Positions 1-8,051 of a stretch of DNA of 27,775 nucleotides are shown here, in pieces (position 1 is the stretch's first letter; every line of letters begins with the position of its first letter). Position numbers and translations under genes: made by a program. The notes under the pieces were generated by a model that saw only the letters and a program-made list of their open reading frames with translations, was not told the DNA's origin and made no database searches. Origin of the DNA: Candidatus Krumholzibacteriia bacterium (lineage in GTDB: Bacteria; Krumholzibacteriota; Krumholzibacteriia; WVZY01); the NCBI GenBank assembly GCA_046754105.1, contig JBHHVD010000040.1:1-27775 (forward strand), read 5' to 3'.

Positions 1-216
1 CTGCCGGAGGTATTCTTGAAGTCGGTATCCGTGGCCTACAACCTGGGCAAGAAGCCGAGCGGGGTTACCGCCGCCAGCTTCGACATGTTCCAGCCGTACC
101 GGGTGCGGGAGAACGTGCTCTCCAGACCGTTCGAGGGTTGCGGCAGCAGCTACTCCTTTAGCGGCCATCACGAGATCATGTTGCCGCTCCTCTACCACCT
201 CCTGGACAAGGGCTAG
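1..216 (+). CDS. 3' end of a conserved hypothetical protein (possibly deoxyhypusine-synthase-like fold), truncated by the window edge
   Basis: Frame 1 is open from base 1: LPEVFLKSVSVAYNLG...FDM..PYRV.ENVLSRP...SGHHEIMLPLL, stop TAG at 214-216. The family call is recalled from motif resemblance only. Confidence 0.6.
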   Translation: MPEVFLKSVSVAYNLGKKPSGVTAASFDMFQPYRVRENVLSRPFEGCGSSYSFSGHHEIMLPLLYHLLDKG

Positions 217-291
217 GGTCGCGGCGGGTGGCGCCCGCGCTGGCACGCCCGCGGATCCCACCGCACGAGGGTCGAATCGCAAGGGAAGGCG

Positions 292-1767
292 ATGAGAGTG
301 CAAGCGAGGCATCTTCGCAGCCGCATGGGCGATCTGTTCTGGGGGCTGGTGCCGGTCGCCGCGACCGTCGCTCTGGCCTCAGTGGTGCTGGCCAGCCAGG
401 TGGTGAGCCCGCACCACCGCATAATAAAGGCCGGGGTCATGCTCGTAGCGCTCATTATCATGTTGCGTTTCGAGATGCTCTACAGTCTGTATTTCTTCGT
501 CTTCTTGTTTCCGTTTCCCAGTGGAATGCTCGTTACGAGCACCAACATCCTTTTGATGACTCTGCTGACGCTCTTGTGGGCCGTGCGCGCAAACTCTGCG
601 GGTATGAGACTCTTTGCCCGGACGGAGATCGACAAGTTGGTAATACTGTTTACCGTCGCCTACCTGCTGTCGTTTCTGAACGTGGAGCAGAACTCCGACC
701 TGATCGAGGGCGTCAAGATCGTGTGGCGGCAGCTGACCGCGTTCGCTTTCTTCTATTTGATCGTCAACTTCGTCACCGACGAAAAAAAACTCAACGGGAT
801 CATCCGCGTGGTGTCGGCGTCCGCCGGGTTCCTGGTGCTGACGGCCCTGATCGAGATAGGAGCGCCGGGTGTTACGTTGATACCGGGCTGGATAAAGACC
901 GGGCAGCGGTTGGGGCAGGGTGAGCTGGGATATCGACTGGAGTCGCTTCGTGTAGGCGGCGCCGTGGCCAGCCACGGGCTCTTGTCCGACTATTGTACGA
1001 TCTCCATTTTTTTCATGGCGTTCCTGTTTTTTCGGGCCAGAAATCCGATCGAAAAACTGATATGGGCCCTCACCACTATGGGAACGTTCGTGGTGTTGTT
1101 GGCGACCGCCAATCGCGGCGCGTTTTTCGGCCTCGTCATCGGCTTTGTCTATTTTCTCTACGTGTTCAGGAGCCGGTTCAATCTCGTGCGGTACGTGATC
1201 GTCATTTCCGCCATGCTGTCCTTTTTTCTGGGGGCCCAGCTTCTGCTCGACAAGTACACGCTCGCGGCGTCGGTCACCCAGCGCATGCTCGGCACGCAGT
1301 TCGAAGGCCTGGTGCCGGACAGCCGGGTCGGAGTGTGGGAAGTACCGCTTCGCCGGAGCCTTGAGCACATCTTCGTCGGCCACGGCCCGTACTTCGGGAT
1401 CACTCCCGGACTGGAGCGCATGTTCTGGCCCCACAACGCGTATATCTACTACCTGTTCACGCTCGGGCTCCTGGGCCTGGCGTCGTTCTTGATGATCGTC
1501 TACAGGGTCGCGAAAACGTCATTCCTCCACGGGCACCCCGCCGCGCGCGGCACGTTCGCCGGGTCGGTCATGGGCATCCTCCACGTCCAGCTGCTCATAT
1601 TCCTTTTCGAACAGTTGCGGACGGACCACCAGCGCAATACCGACTTCGTATACATCTATATCGTGTGGATGCTGTTCGGTCTTATCGTCGCCACGGGCAA
1701 GTTGATCCGGGCACGGGCAAACGCGCTGGCCTCGGAAACCGCGGCTAAAGATACCCCAGGGCCTTGA
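292..1767 (+). CDS. O-antigen ligase / Wzy-like polysaccharide polymerase family membrane protein
   Basis: 491 aa with about 12 hydrophobic segments. Wzy_C-type motifs LATANRGAF, R..VW, FVGHG and WPHNAY. Purine-rich SD-like AAGGGAAGG upstream. Confidence 0.85.
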   Translation: MRVQARHLRSRMGDLFWGLVPVAATVALASVVLASQVVSPHHRIIKAGVMLVALIIMLRFEMLYSLYFFVFLFPFPSGMLVTSTNILLMTLLTLLWAVRANSAGMRLFARTEIDKLVILFTVAYLLSFLNVEQNSDLIEGVKIVWRQLTAFAFFYLIVNFVTDEKKLNGIIRVVSASAGFLVLTALIEIGAPGVTLIPGWIKTGQRLGQGELGYRLESLRVGGAVASHGLLSDYCTISIFFMAFLFFRARNPIEKLIWALTTMGTFVVLLATANRGAFFGLVIGFVYFLYVFRSRFNLVRYVIVISAMLSFFLGAQLLLDKYTLAASVTQRMLGTQFEGLVPDSRVGVWEVPLRRSLEHIFVGHGPYFGITPGLERMFWPHNAYIYYLFTLGLLGLASFLMIVYRVAKTSFLHGHPAARGTFAGSVMGILHVQLLIFLFEQLRTDHQRNTDFVYIYIVWMLFGLIVATGKLIRARANALASETAAKDTPGP

Positions 1768-3637
1768 GCTGCCGGATCGTTTCGGCGTCCGCCTGCGCCT
1801 CACGCCGGTGGTCCACGTCCCGCGCCTTTTCCAGGTAGAGGTCCAGCTGCATCATCAGGTCCGCCATCACGTCGGGCCGCGCCGCGGACAGATCCCGCTT
1901 TTCCTCCGGGTCCGTGGCGAGGTCGTAGAGGTGGGCCGTGTCGGTAGAGTCAACGTACATGACCTTCCAATTGCCGCGGATGAGCGCAGTGCAAAAGTCC
2001 CCTTCCGAGATGGACGTCAATCCCAGGTCGCTCTCGTCGCCGGCGAGCAAGGGGGCGAGGCTGGTCCCCATGGTCTCCGGCGGCGCCGGGCGGCCGATGA
2101 GCCCGGCGAGCGTCGGCAGGATGTCGATGTGCCGCACGAGGGATTCGATGCTGCGTCCACCCGGGAATCGATCGGGGGCCCACACGATCAAGGGGACGCG
2201 GATGAGCTGTTCGATCAAGAGATTGTTGTGGTACAGGGTCCCGTGCTCGAGGAACTCGTCGCCGTGATCCGCCGTGATGATGACGAGCGTCTCGCGTTGG
2301 CGGGAGATCTCCCGCACCCGGTCCAGTATGCGGCCGATCTCGTGATCGGCGTAGAGAATCGTGGCGTCGTAGTAGTCACGGAGCGCGGCCAGATCGTGCG
2401 GCGGCAGCTCGCGCGCCCGCCCCTCTTTCAGCAACTGCACCGTGTCCCGAAAAAGCGCCTCGCTGTCACGGCTCTCGGGCGACGGATGAAAGGCGCGCTC
2501 GAAGCGCTCGGGGGCGGTGTACGGATGATGCGTGTCCATGTAATGCATATAGAGAAGGAACGGCCTGTCCCGCAACCGCTCCAACCAGGCGAGGCCACGG
2601 TCGGTGACGGCGCTGGCGTCCGGCGAGCCGCTCGCGACGTACGCGGGCCTTTCCAGCAGCCCGAGCTTGTGCAGGGCCCGGTACACGCTCAGGCCATAAC
2701 AGCCCGCGTTGAACTCCTCGACACGGTCAAAACCCTGGGTCATGCCGAAAATGGACTTCAGATAAATGTTGGTCATCAGTCCGACCGAAGTGTACCCGGC
2801 CTGTTGGAACAACTCCGCGATGGTTACGCGTTCGGACGGCAGCGGGCGGATCAACTCGCCGCGGCTGATCGCCCCATGGAACGACGGATACAACGAGGTA
2901 AACACCGACGGCATTGCCAACACCGTACGATTGCCGTGCGAGCGCGCGTTGCGGAACACGATTCCTTCCCGCGCCAGGCGGTCAATATTCGGTGTGGTAG
3001 TGCGCTCGTAACCGTACGCCGACATATGGTCGGCACGCAGCGCGTCCAGCACGATAAGGACGACGTTGGGCCCGGCGGCGTCGCCGGCGCGCCCGGGCAG
3101 CCGCATATGACCGCTGCCCTGGCCCACCCAGAGCACGATCCCCAACAGCAAGGAGATGCCGGCTACGGCCGCCAGTGGCGATGTGCGGGGGGGGTGCGCC
3201 CGGCGGGCCACAACGCGCCCGATCGCCGCCCCGACGGCAATCCCCGCCAGCAGGAAGACAACGACAGCGGCCCCATCGGCGGAGGCCCATAGCCGCCCCA
3301 GGGCAGACAACGGATGATTGCGGAGAAACCAGTACGAGGAGGTTAGGAAAACAAAAGCGCCGGCGTGAAAAGGGACGAATCGGGCCGCAGAAAGCAAGCG
3401 CCCTGCCAATACGCCCGCCAGACCGACCACCAGACCGAATACCGTGCCGGCGGCGACGGCGGATAGCAGGTAGATGGAGAGCACCCGCAGCACCGGATCA
3501 CCGAGTACGACGTATTGACCCCGGTACGGCAGCGCCGCCTCCGCCGCGAACAGCGCCAGGCCGGCGAGGGCGCCGAATGACGCGGCCGTTGCCACGTGTC
3601 CCCCGAGCACGGCGGCCCGGCCCGCGCGACGCCGCAT
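1745..3637 (-). CDS. Membrane-anchored sulfatase-like (alkaline phosphatase superfamily) hydrolase/transferase
   Basis: About 5 N-terminal TM segments, then NVVLIVLDALRAD, HYMDTHHPY, ITADHGDEF, LYDLATDPEE and C-terminal LKALGYL. Start moved to ATG 3637, which has GGAGG upstream. The 3' end overlaps the convergent gene by 23 nt. Confidence 0.88.
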   Translation of the reverse strand: MRRRAGRAAVLGGHVATAASFGALAGLALFAAEAALPYRGQYVVLGDPVLRVLSIYLLSAVAAGTVFGLVVGLAGVLAGRLLSAARFVPFHAGAFVFLTSSYWFLRNHPLSALGRLWASADGAAVVVFLLAGIAVGAAIGRVVARRAHPPRTSPLAAVAGISLLLGIVLWVGQGSGHMRLPGRAGDAAGPNVVLIVLDALRADHMSAYGYERTTTPNIDRLAREGIVFRNARSHGNRTVLAMPSVFTSLYPSFHGAISRGELIRPLPSERVTIAELFQQAGYTSVGLMTNIYLKSIFGMTQGFDRVEEFNAGCYGLSVYRALHKLGLLERPAYVASGSPDASAVTDRGLAWLERLRDRPFLLYMHYMDTHHPYTAPERFERAFHPSPESRDSEALFRDTVQLLKEGRARELPPHDLAALRDYYDATILYADHEIGRILDRVREISRQRETLVIITADHGDEFLEHGTLYHNNLLIEQLIRVPLIVWAPDRFPGGRSIESLVRHIDILPTLAGLIGRPAPPETMGTSLAPLLAGDESDLGLTSISEGDFCTALIRGNWKVMYVDSTDTAHLYDLATDPEEKRDLSAARPDVMADLMMQLDLYLEKARDVDHRREAQADAETIRQLKALGYL

Positions 3638-3927
3638 CAGGCCGCCTCCGTCTCTGGCAAACGGCCGGCGGGGCGGGTCCGCAGGGCGGGGTCCCCGGGC
3701 GCGTGGTACGAGCGGCGCGAGCACACTGGGATCATGGGTCTTTTCAACATGAGCGCTGACAACCTGTTACGGAATACGGTACCAGAATCTCCCCGACGGT
3801 TCGAGTGCAAAATACGCCGGAGGCCCGAAAAGATACCTGGCCGCGGGCCGCGGAGGCGCCTTCGGCCCGGCTTCCGAATCGCGTTCCCGGGCACTCCCGA
3901 ACGTGCCCCGTAAGGGCGACGTACGCC

Positions 3928-3956
3928 TTGACATCAAACCGGAGAGGTGATAGTAT
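3928..3956 (+). promoter_or_regulatory. Sigma70-type promoter
   Basis: TTGACA (3928-3933), 17-nt spacer, TAGTAT (3951-3956) with an extended -10 TG at 3948-3949. Confidence 0.75.
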
Positions 3957-3962
3957 TATCAA

Positions 3963-4130
3963 ACCAATCAGGAGGTTACCTCGAAGCTACTGCTAAGGTT
4001 CTTATACTTGGTTCGCAGCATGGATCGTCAATCGTAGGGTCCTGAAGGGCCCCGGTATAAGGTCTTTAGTAGGAGGTTCGGGTCGAGCGCTTTACCGCAT
4101 GCCATGGAGTCCGGGTGCGGTCTTTTTTTT
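3963..4130 (+). ncRNA. Candidate structured sRNA or 5' leader RNA (no family recognised)
   Basis: Lies between a promoter and an intrinsic terminator. 3980-4008 pairs with 4054-4082 in one register (26 of 29 positions, including G-U). No credible ORF. Four GGA motifs. Confidence 0.55.
4094..4130 (+). terminator. Rho-independent terminator
   Basis: Stem ACCGCAT (4094-4100) / GTGCGGT (4115-4121), followed by C and T8 (4123-4130). Confidence 0.75.
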
Positions 4131-4160
4131 GTGCTGTGCGCGTCTTGACACATCTATCTT

Positions 4161-4883
4161 GTGTATAACAGGTTAGGGGATTCTGTGGGCGTAAGGGGAG
4201 ACGCAGGTGGACGGTCTCAACGGCTGCTCGACCCGGCGGTGGGTGTCGGGACGATGCCGCGGGTGGAGATCCGAGAATCGATTGCCTACGACGTCGGCAA
4301 ACGGATCTTCGACCTCGCGCTGGGGCTGTTGATCCTGCTCTTGCTGGTTCCGATCATTCCACTGATCGCTATTATGATCAAGCTGGATACCCCGGGGCCG
4401 GTTTTCTTCAGGCAGGAGCGCGTGGGGAAAAACGGCAGGGTGTTCCGGTTTTACAAGTTTCGCTCGATGCACCGCGAGGCGGAACGGCGCAGGCGAGAGG
4501 TCGAAAGCCTCAATGAGCAAGAGGGCCCGATTTTCAAGGCGCGCTCCGACCCGAGGGTTACCGTCGTCGGGCGCTTCCTACGCCGGTCGAGTCTCGATGA
4601 GATTCCCCAGATCTTCAACGTGCTCAGGGGCGAGATGAGCATCGTCGGGCCGCGACCGCACCTGCCCGCCGAGGTCGAGAGATACCAGCCGTGGCACCGC
4701 AAGCGACTCGAGGTGATGCCCGGTATCACGTGTTTGTGGCAGATATCGGGCCGCAGCCACGTCAGTTTTAACGAATGGATGCGACTGGACATCGAGTACC
4801 TCAGGCTTCGCAGTCTCAGAACCGATCTTGTAATCTTCCTCAAGACCGTCCCTGCGGTGATTGCCAGGAAAGGCGCGTACTAA
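4161..4883 (+). CDS. Small phosphoglycosyl transferase (bacterial sugar transferase, WcaJ/WbaP/PglC catalytic domain); start uncertain
   Basis: KRIFD, a single hydrophobic segment, GPVFFRQERVG, YKFRSM, DPRVT, SLDEIPQ, GEMSIVGPRP and PGITCLWQ. Alternative starts are ATG 4254 or an out-of-frame GTG at 4207 (see findings). Confidence 0.93.
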   Translation: MYNRLGDSVGVRGDAGGRSQRLLDPAVGVGTMPRVEIRESIAYDVGKRIFDLALGLLILLLLVPIIPLIAIMIKLDTPGPVFFRQERVGKNGRVFRFYKFRSMHREAERRRREVESLNEQEGPIFKARSDPRVTVVGRFLRRSSLDEIPQIFNVLRGEMSIVGPRPHLPAEVERYQPWHRKRLEVMPGITCLWQISGRSHVSFNEWMRLDIEYLRLRSLRTDLVIFLKTVPAVIARKGAY

Positions 4884-4923
4884 GGCCCGGAACCCGGGCG
4901 GGTCCGGTAATTCGTAGAGGTAT

Positions 4924-4951
4924 TTGACAAGCGGCGGATTCGTGCCATCAT
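4924..4951 (+). promoter_or_regulatory. Putative internal sigma70 promoter for the wza operon
   Basis: TTGACA (4924-4929), 16-nt spacer, TGc-CATCAT extended -10 (4943-4951). A GC hairpin (4885-4899) precedes it and a 5' hairpin (4959-4985) follows it. Confidence 0.5.
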
Positions 4952-5005
4952 GATAGCAGCGGAGCGCTCGAGGCGGAGCTTCCGTGTAACGTAGTGGAGA
5001 GGCTC

Positions 5006-5797
5006 ATGGCAACGAAAACGAAATCGATCGCGCGCATCGTGGTTCTCGCGGGCTGCTGCGTATCCCTGGCCGCCTGCTCCTCGGGCCGCAAGCAGGTGGG
5101 CACCCTGGGTGGCGTGTATCCGCGGCAGCAGCTCGGGCAGTTCTTGAAGGACACCACGCCGGCACCGTCCAGCGAGTACATCATAGGTGTCGGCGACAAG
5201 TTGGACATCGCGTTCTTTTTCAACGAGGATTTGAGCAAGCATGAACTGCTGGTACGGAGCGACGGGCGTATCACTTTGCCCTACGTCGGCGACATCATGG
5301 CGGCGGGACAAACGCCCATGCGGCTCGATACGTTGCTGACGACCCGGTTCGGCGAGATCCTCAAAGACCCGAATCTGTCCGTGATCGTTGTCGAGAGTAC
5401 GACCCCCACGGTCTACGTAATGGGGCAGGTGCGGTCGGCTGGCGGCTATGACTACACGCGATCGATTTCGCTGCTGCAGGCGCTGGCACTGGCGGGAGGA
5501 TTCCGGGACGGTGCGAAGGCGAACCACGTACTGGTGATCCGCCGCAAGGGGCTTTCCGGGATCGTCGGCGTGGAAGTCGACGCCAAGGCGATAATGGAAG
5601 GCGAGTCGGTGCAGCTCGATATACCGCTGCAGGATCTCGACATCGTATACGTGCCCAAGACGCGCATCCAGTCGATCGCCGACTTCGCGCAGACACTGGA
5701 CCAGATCGTAACGCCGCCCACCGAGCTGTTCTTGAGGGGATGGCAGGTACAGGTCCTGAGGCAGCAAATCGAGCTGATACAGAACAATAACCAGTAG
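5006..5797 (+). CDS. wza: Polysaccharide export outer-membrane lipoprotein (Wza/OPX)
   Basis: Lipobox LAAC, Poly_export motif YIIGVGD...VRSDGRITLPYVG, SLBB domain (VYVMGQV, ALALAGG) and DIVYVP. SD GGAGAGG before ATG 5006. Confidence 0.92.
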   Translation: MATKTKSIARIVVLAGCCVSLAACSSGRKQVGTLGGVYPRQQLGQFLKDTTPAPSSEYIIGVGDKLDIAFFFNEDLSKHELLVRSDGRITLPYVGDIMAAGQTPMRLDTLLTTRFGEILKDPNLSVIVVESTTPTVYVMGQVRSAGGYDYTRSISLLQALALAGGFRDGAKANHVLVIRRKGLSGIVGVEVDAKAIMEGESVQLDIPLQDLDIVYVPKTRIQSIADFAQTLDQIVTPPTELFLRGWQVQVLRQQIELIQNNNQ

Positions 5798-5824
5798 CGG
5801 TACGGATCGCAACGGAGCACCGTC

Positions 5825-7207
5825 ATGTCGGACTTGAGCGCCGGAAAAAAAGAAGCAACGATCCGTGACTTTCTGAACGTCATCTTTCGTCGGAAATTCG
5901 TGATCCTGTCCATTATTCTCCTGACGACATTCGCCGTCGTGTACCTGCAGGCCTCGCAGCCCCAGACGTTCCAGTCGTCGGCGCGCATCCTGGTCCAGCG
6001 CGGTCAGAGAGGCGACGTGTTTTCGGGGCGCCCGACCTACCTGACGTGGACCGAGGAAGTCAGCTCGCAGATGGAAGTGATCCTCTCCGAAGCGGTATTC
6101 GAAAAGGCCCGCCGAATCTTCGCGGATTCGGTCGCGGCGAGGGGCTTGCCGGACGTGTTAGTTTTCAATCCCGGGTCGGCGCGGGCGGAGGTGGTCGGTG
6201 AGTCCAACGTATTCGTCATCAGCTACTCGGGCTACGACGCCGACGAATGCCAGGTGGGATGCAACGCGGTCACCGAGGCCTACAAGGAGTACTACCGCGA
6301 GCGGGCGGCGCCGCCGTCCGTTTCGGATTATTTCCACACCGAGATCGAGGACGCCCTGACCGACCTCGAAGCCTGGCGTGTCAAGAAGAGTGAGTTCCTG
6401 AACAGCGAGAGATACGTAGGTCTGAGCGAGGAGGCCCAGCGCCAGACGTTGAAGCTGAGCCACCTCGAGATCGGCCTGGCGGACGTGGAGACGGAGCTGT
6501 CATCGCAGGCGATGCGCGTGAAAAACTTCGATGACCTTCACCGTTTGCGGCCCGACGAGCTGGAGGCCAATCTGGCGATCGGCGGCACCCGCAATGACCT
6601 GCAGACCGCGATCATGAGGGACATCAAGGCGAGCCTGCAGGACCTGCGCCTTGCAAAGGAGGAGTTGCTGAACAAGTACACGCCTCGTCATCCGGATGTC
6701 GTGTCGATCGAAAAGCAGATGCAGGACCTCCTGAAAGGCCTGAAACAAGAGGTTCAAAACGCATACGATGTGGAGAAGGCCGCATACGATGTTTTGGTCG
6801 TGAAACGGGAGACGATCGCGGGGCAGCTCCGGGACACGCAGAAGGTACTGGCGAGCCTTCCCGACAAGGAAGTCCAACTAAGCCGCATCGAGAACAAGAT
6901 CGAAACGGCCCAGACCCGCTACGACCTTTTGATGAAGAGGCAGAATGAAGCCGAGATCGCCGTGGCGAGTAAGCCCGAATGGGAGATCACCGTGCTGTCG
7001 AGCGCCGGCAAGGCGTGGCCCCGCAAGACAAAGGACTACGTCCGCCTGGCGCTGGGCCCGTTCCTCGCGCTCATCGTGGGGCTTGGCGTGGCGTTTTTCT
7101 TCGAGAGCCTGGATCATTCGTTGAAGAACATCGGCGAGGTGGAGGAATACCTGGGCACTTCCGTCCTGGCGACCTTCACGGATATCGAACGGCGAGGCAA
7201 GGCGTAA
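5825..7207 (+). CDS. Polysaccharide chain-length determinant / co-polymerase (GumC, Wzc N-terminal half)
   Basis: N-terminal TM after 'IRDFLNVIFRRK', long coiled coil, YTPRHPDV motif, C-terminal TM then LDHSLK...VEEYLG..VLA. Confidence 0.9.
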   Translation: MSDLSAGKKEATIRDFLNVIFRRKFVILSIILLTTFAVVYLQASQPQTFQSSARILVQRGQRGDVFSGRPTYLTWTEEVSSQMEVILSEAVFEKARRIFADSVAARGLPDVLVFNPGSARAEVVGESNVFVISYSGYDADECQVGCNAVTEAYKEYYRERAAPPSVSDYFHTEIEDALTDLEAWRVKKSEFLNSERYVGLSEEAQRQTLKLSHLEIGLADVETELSSQAMRVKNFDDLHRLRPDELEANLAIGGTRNDLQTAIMRDIKASLQDLRLAKEELLNKYTPRHPDVVSIEKQMQDLLKGLKQEVQNAYDVEKAAYDVLVVKRETIAGQLRDTQKVLASLPDKEVQLSRIENKIETAQTRYDLLMKRQNEAEIAVASKPEWEITVLSSAGKAWPRKTKDYVRLALGPFLALIVGLGVAFFFESLDHSLKNIGEVEEYLGTSVLATFTDIERRGKA

Positions 7208-7208
7208 C

Positions 7209-8051
7209 ATGTACGAGTCCTTTTATCATTTGAAGGAACAGCCGTTCGGTTCCACCCCGGACCCGCGCTACCTGTACAAGAGTATTGGTCACCGCCAGGC
7301 CCTGGCGTACCTCGCCTACGGCGTCTTCAGGAAAAAGGGGTTTCTCGCCGTGACCGGCGAGGTGGGGATCGGCAAGACCACAGTCATCCGGGCGTTCGTC
7401 AACGCGTTCCACCCGTGCCTCGACGTGTCGTTCGTGCTGAACACGACGGTGGGGTTCGAGGACATGCTCTACCTGATTCTCCAGGACTTTGGCTGCAAAA
7501 TAGATAACTCCTCAAAGGTCGGCATGCTGTCGACGCTGAACCGCTACCTCATCGAGAAATTCGCCGAGAACCGGAACCCGCTGATCATTATAGACGAGTC
7601 CCAGAATCTCTCGGGAGAGGTGCTCGAAGAGCTGCGCATGCTCTCCAATCTGGAGACGGACCGCTGCAAGTTGCTGCAGATTGTGCTGGTCGGCCAGACC
7701 GAGTTGCTGGGTATACTGAACCGGCGCGAGTTGCGGCAGCTCAAACAGCGTATCCCGGGCATCCTGCGCATGAAGAATCTGCAGCCCGGAGAAGTGGGAG
7801 AGTACATCCGCTACCGGCTCAGGACGGCAGGGTTGACCAACGGCCACTTGAATTTCACAGAGGGAGCGCGCGCAGCGATCTATGACTATTCGGCCGGAGT
7901 GCCCCGCCTGATAAACATGATCTGTGACCGGGTGCTGGTACGGGGATACCTGCGGCGGACGACGACCATCGTGGAGGAAATGGTGCGCGAAAGCGTCCAT
8001 GAAGTCGCGCAGGGCTCGCGAGGGGACGAAGACTGGAGTCAAACCGCATGA
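7209..8051 (+). CDS. ExeA-like AAA ATPase (type found in XrtA/PEP-CTERM-associated EPS loci)
   Basis: MYESFYHLKEQPF..TPDP, Walker A GEVGIGKT, Walker B IIIDESQ, LEELRMLSNLE, LVGQ and GVPRLIN. Confidence 0.9.
   Translation: MYESFYHLKEQPFGSTPDPRYLYKSIGHRQALAYLAYGVFRKKGFLAVTGEVGIGKTTVIRAFVNAFHPCLDVSFVLNTTVGFEDMLYLILQDFGCKIDNSSKVGMLSTLNRYLIEKFAENRNPLIIIDESQNLSGEVLEELRMLSNLETDRCKLLQIVLVGQTELLGILNRRELRQLKQRIPGILRMKNLQPGEVGEYIRYRLRTAGLTNGHLNFTEGARAAIYDYSAGVPRLINMICDRVLVRGYLRRTTTIVEEMVRESVHEVAQGSRGDEDWSQTA

Noticed and set aside
1808..3292. 494-aa + strand ORF, and similar long ORFs at 379-1434, 14349-15929, 13511-14935 and 22068-23234
   Set aside because: These are antisense or alternate-frame shadows of well-supported genes. 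They have no motifs and are expected in high-GC DNA.
3823..3832. GCCCGAAAAG shared with 18324-18333, upstream of two promoters
   Set aside because: It is only a 10-nt match, non-palindromic, and at different distances from the promoters, so it is compatible with chance.
3963..4130. Candidate RNA as SRP RNA, 6S RNA or a c-di-GMP riboswitch
   Set aside because: It has no GNRA-capped SRP domain IV, no closing stem with a central bubble, and no recognisable riboswitch consensus. It is kept only as an unknown RNA.
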